This document shows, one piece after another, positions 61,195-64,000 of a DNA stretch of 64,000 bases. The translations under genes were made by a program, and so were the position numbers. The stretch is from positions 1,376,001-1,440,000 of the forward strand of contig CAWEEQ010000004.1 in assembly GCA_963808235.1 (NCBI GenBank). Reading direction: 5' to 3'. The notes under the pieces are model-generated. The model was given only the letters and a program-made list of their open reading frames with translations. It was not told the origin of the DNA and ran no database searches. This stretch comes from an uncultured delta proteobacterium (GTDB taxonomy: Bacteria; Desulfobacterota; Binatia; Binatales; Binataceae). Within the stretch, counting starts at the first letter, position 1; each line of letters starts with the position of its first letter.

Positions 61195-62830
61195 TCACGC
61201 CGGAACGCGACGGCGCTCCTGCTCGTGCTGGAAGCTGGCGAGCTCATTGTCCGCGCGGGCAGGATCCCATCCGAGTTCCGCTGCCATGATTCTCGCGACC
61301 GCCGGTGATGCCGCTTCGGCTTCGACCGGGTAGCGCCACGACAGCGAGGTGCGCCTGACCAGAAAATCGTGAAGCGAATGCGCCATCTCATTGCGCACCG
61401 CGTGAACCACTTCGGCGCCAATCGCGGGACATCCTCGCGCGAGCGTCGCCGCAAGTTCAGGACGCTCGGCCGCGATTCGCGCGACGATGGGCGCCCGGGT
61501 GCCGTAACGTGAATTCAGAATATCCGCCGCTTCGGGTCCGAGTTTGCGGATGATTGCGTCGTCGCTCGCCGCCGCTTCTTCCCGACCGAGCGGGCGCGCT
61601 CCCGGCATCGGGGTCGCGAGCGTCGGGCACACGCCTGGCTGCCTGCCCGAGCGCTTTCATCACGCGATCGACCAGCTTCTGCGCAATCTCGCGATGCGTC
61701 GTCAGCTTGCCTCCGGCAACCGTGATGAGTCCCGACGCGCTCTCGAGGATCACTTCCTCGCGCGGCACGCTGGACGGCGACTCAGTGCCCTCGCCTGCCG
61801 TCACCAGCGCGCGCAATCCCGCAAAGCTCGACGCGACATCGGCACTGCTCAGTTTGATTCCGGGCAGACTTTCAGCCAGCACTCCGAGCAGGTACTCGAT
61901 ATCGTCGCGATCGGCCGCGACGTTAGCCGGATCGCCGGAAAAGTCGGTGTCGGTGGTCCCGACCAGCACGTAGCGATCGTGCGGCATCACGAACACGATT
62001 CGCTCATTGTCGTCGCTGAGCACGATCGCCTCGCGCACCGGCAAGGTCGTCCGCGCGAACACCAGATGCACTCCCTTGGTCAGACGCACGGAAGGTTTCG
62101 ACGCGGGATCGTCCATCCGACGAATCTCGTCGACCCACGGCCCGGACGCGTTCAGGAATTTCTTCGCGCGAAGCTCGCAAGATGCGCCGCCGAGCAAATC
62201 GCACACCCGCGCTGCGGTTATCTTCTCCGCGTTCCTGACGAATCCTTCTACCGCCGTGTAATTCGCAACCGCGGCAGCATGCAGATCGGCGTCGAGCAGG
62301 TTTTCAAACGTGATTCGCGCATCGTCGGCCCATGCGTCGAAGTACGTCGCCCCTCCGGTAAGCCCCATCCGGCTGAGTGCGGGCTCGGTCTCGCGCACCC
62401 GCGCAGCGCTCAGGCTCGAATGCCATTCGGCCCACGCGGCGCGCGCGAACAGGTCGTAGAGCGTCAGTCCAATCGACATCGTGAAGCGATTGAATCCGCG
62501 CCCGCGATAACACGGAAACAGAAATTGGATCGGACGAACCAGGTGCGGCGCCGTCACGTGACGCAGCCGCTCGCGCTCTCGCAGCGCCGTGTACACCAGC
62601 GCTAGCTGACCCTGCGGCAGGTAGCGAAATCCGCCGTGAATCAGCTTCGAGGATCGCGACGACGTTGCGCCCGCGAAATCGCCGCGATCGACCAGCGCGA
62701 CCTTGAGTCCGCGCATCGCGGCGTCGCGCGCGGTCGCCGCGCCATTGATACCGCCGCCGATTACCGCGAGGTCGAATTCCTCGTCGCGAAATCGGGCGAG
62801 ACTCTTCTCGCGATTCAGGATGGAACCCAA
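61195..62830 (-). CDS. glpD: FAD-dependent glycerol-3-phosphate dehydrogenase (frameshift near 61647)
   Basis: IGGGING, TSSRSSKLIHGG.RYL, GTTD, GGKLTT; C-terminus in another frame. Confidence 0.9.
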
Positions 62831-62859
62831 AACGATTCTACTTAGTCTTCCGGGTCACT

Positions 62860-63465
62860 TTAATCTTCCGGGTCTTCCTGGAACGAGTAGCGCTCCTCGG
62901 TCCAGGGGTCGGCGTGATTGTGATAGCCGCGCACTTCCCAGAATCCGCGCACGTCGATATCGGTGAACTCGATCGCGCGCATCCACTTCGCGCTCTTCCA
63001 TCCGTAGAGTTTCGGCACGATGAGGCGCAGCGGAAAGCCGTGGTCGGGATCGAGATCGCGCCCGTCATGGCGATACGCCAGCATCACGTCATCGTCGAGC
63101 AACTCGGCGATCGGCAGATTGGTGGTGTAGCCGCCGTCGCAATGGATTATCGCGTGGCGCGCGTTCGGCTTGAGCTTCACACGCGCCATCAGGTCGGCGA
63201 TCCTGACCCCTTCCCACGCGTTGTCGAGTCGCGTCCAGGTGGTCACGCAATGAAAATCGGAGACCTGCCGGCTCAGCGGCAAAGCGCGGAATTCCTCGTA
63301 TGAAAACCGCAGCGGCTCTTCGACCAGCCCGAATACTTTGAAATCCCAGGTCTTCGGATTAAAACGCGGTGTGGGTCCATAGCTCAGGACCGGAAATTTA
63401 TCGGTCAGGATTTGCCCGGGAGGAATCCGCGCCGCAAGTTCCTCGGCCTTCAAAGACTTTCCCAT
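62860..63465 (-). CDS. Sulfite oxidase-like molybdopterin oxidoreductase (YuiH-like)
   Basis: RIPPGQ, DFHCVTTW, HGFPLRL, YGWKSAKW, GFWE.RGYH. Confidence 0.92.
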   Translation of the reverse strand: MGKSLKAEELAARIPPGQILTDKFPVLSYGPTPRFNPKTWDFKVFGLVEEPLRFSYEEFRALPLSRQVSDFHCVTTWTRLDNAWEGVRIADLMARVKLKPNARHAIIHCDGGYTTNLPIAELLDDDVMLAYRHDGRDLDPDHGFPLRLIVPKLYGWKSAKWMRAIEFTDIDVRGFWEVRGYHNHADPWTEERYSFQEDPED

Positions 63466-63535
63466 AGCAGTGACTATTATCGGAGCCTCAAACCGGACGG
63501 AAGGGGTGTTCGGCTTTCAGAGCGTGCTCTTCAAG

Positions 63536-64000
63536 TCACCTCCGCTCCATCGCGCGAATGATCGCGCCCGTCACTTCGCTGGTCGATGCCTTACCGCCAA
63601 CATCGCGCGTCAGTGCGCGGCCCGCGCGCAGCACCGACCCGGTCGCGGCGCGAATCCTGTCGCCCACCTGCTGATGCCCGAGATAGTCGAGCATCATCGC
63701 GCTCGACAAGATCATCGCGATCGGATTCGCAACACCCTTGCCGGCGATATCCGGAGCGGTGCCATGGACCGCCTCGAAAATCGCGCCCTTGTCGCCATAG
63801 TTCGCGCCCGGCACGAGTCCGAGTCCTCCGACCAGTCCGGCGCACAGGTCCGACACGATATCGCCGTAGAGATTTTCCAGCAGCAGGATGTCGAACGATC
63901 CCGGATCGGTAACCAGCCGCATGCAGGCCGCGTCGACGATCTGCTCCTGGTAGCGAATCTCCGGATAATGCTCGGCGACCGCGCGCGCGCACTTCAGAAA
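63536..64000 (-). CDS. Isocitrate/isopropylmalate dehydrogenase family protein, 3' part (partial)
   Basis: [31 protein letters not shown]. Confidence 0.9.
   Translation of the reverse strand, partial: FLKCARAVAEHYPEIRYQEQIVDAACMRLVTDPGSFDILLLENLYGDIVSDLCAGLVGGLGLVPGANYGDKGAIFEAVHGTAPDIAGKGVANPIAMILSSAMMLDYLGHQQVGDRIRAATGSVLRAGRALTRDVGGKASTSEVTGAIIRAMERR

Overview
GC-rich bacterial chromosomal segment. Gene order and content suggest a deltaproteobacteria-like soil lineage such as Ca. Binatia; this is inference, not a database result. From left to right it contains: one end of an IS1595-family element with probable passenger ORFs; a TCA operon (mdh, an actinobacterial Sdh1-type succinate dehydrogenase, an inserted AbrB/PemK toxin-antitoxin pair, sucC, sucD, ndk); an accessory block (secreted DUF6351-like hydrolase, DUF4242, cupredoxin, wHTH-ATPase-TPR regulator, ABC-2 exporter, Met-rich periplasmic protein, ZIP transporter); icd; catabolic oxidoreductases; yebC-ruvCAB; a three-gene GT-C/protein O-mannosylation-like operon; mazG and rpsT; a pruned yceD-rpmF-plsX-fabD-acpP-nrdR-ribD-ribBA-nusB-lptE-holA superoperon; and a GH1 gene, nth, glpD, a sulfite-oxidase-like gene and a partial second IDH-family gene. 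The most notable signal is in the riboflavin genes: ribE and ribH are absent locally and the RibB half of RibBA has lost its catalytic motifs while RibA and RibD are kept. This fits a pathway cut back to make 5-amino-6-ribitylaminouracil, for example for F420. Several REP-like repeat families and gene-end duplications are visible. Seven small frameshifts are probably assembly errors. No tRNA, rRNA or CRISPR array was seen.
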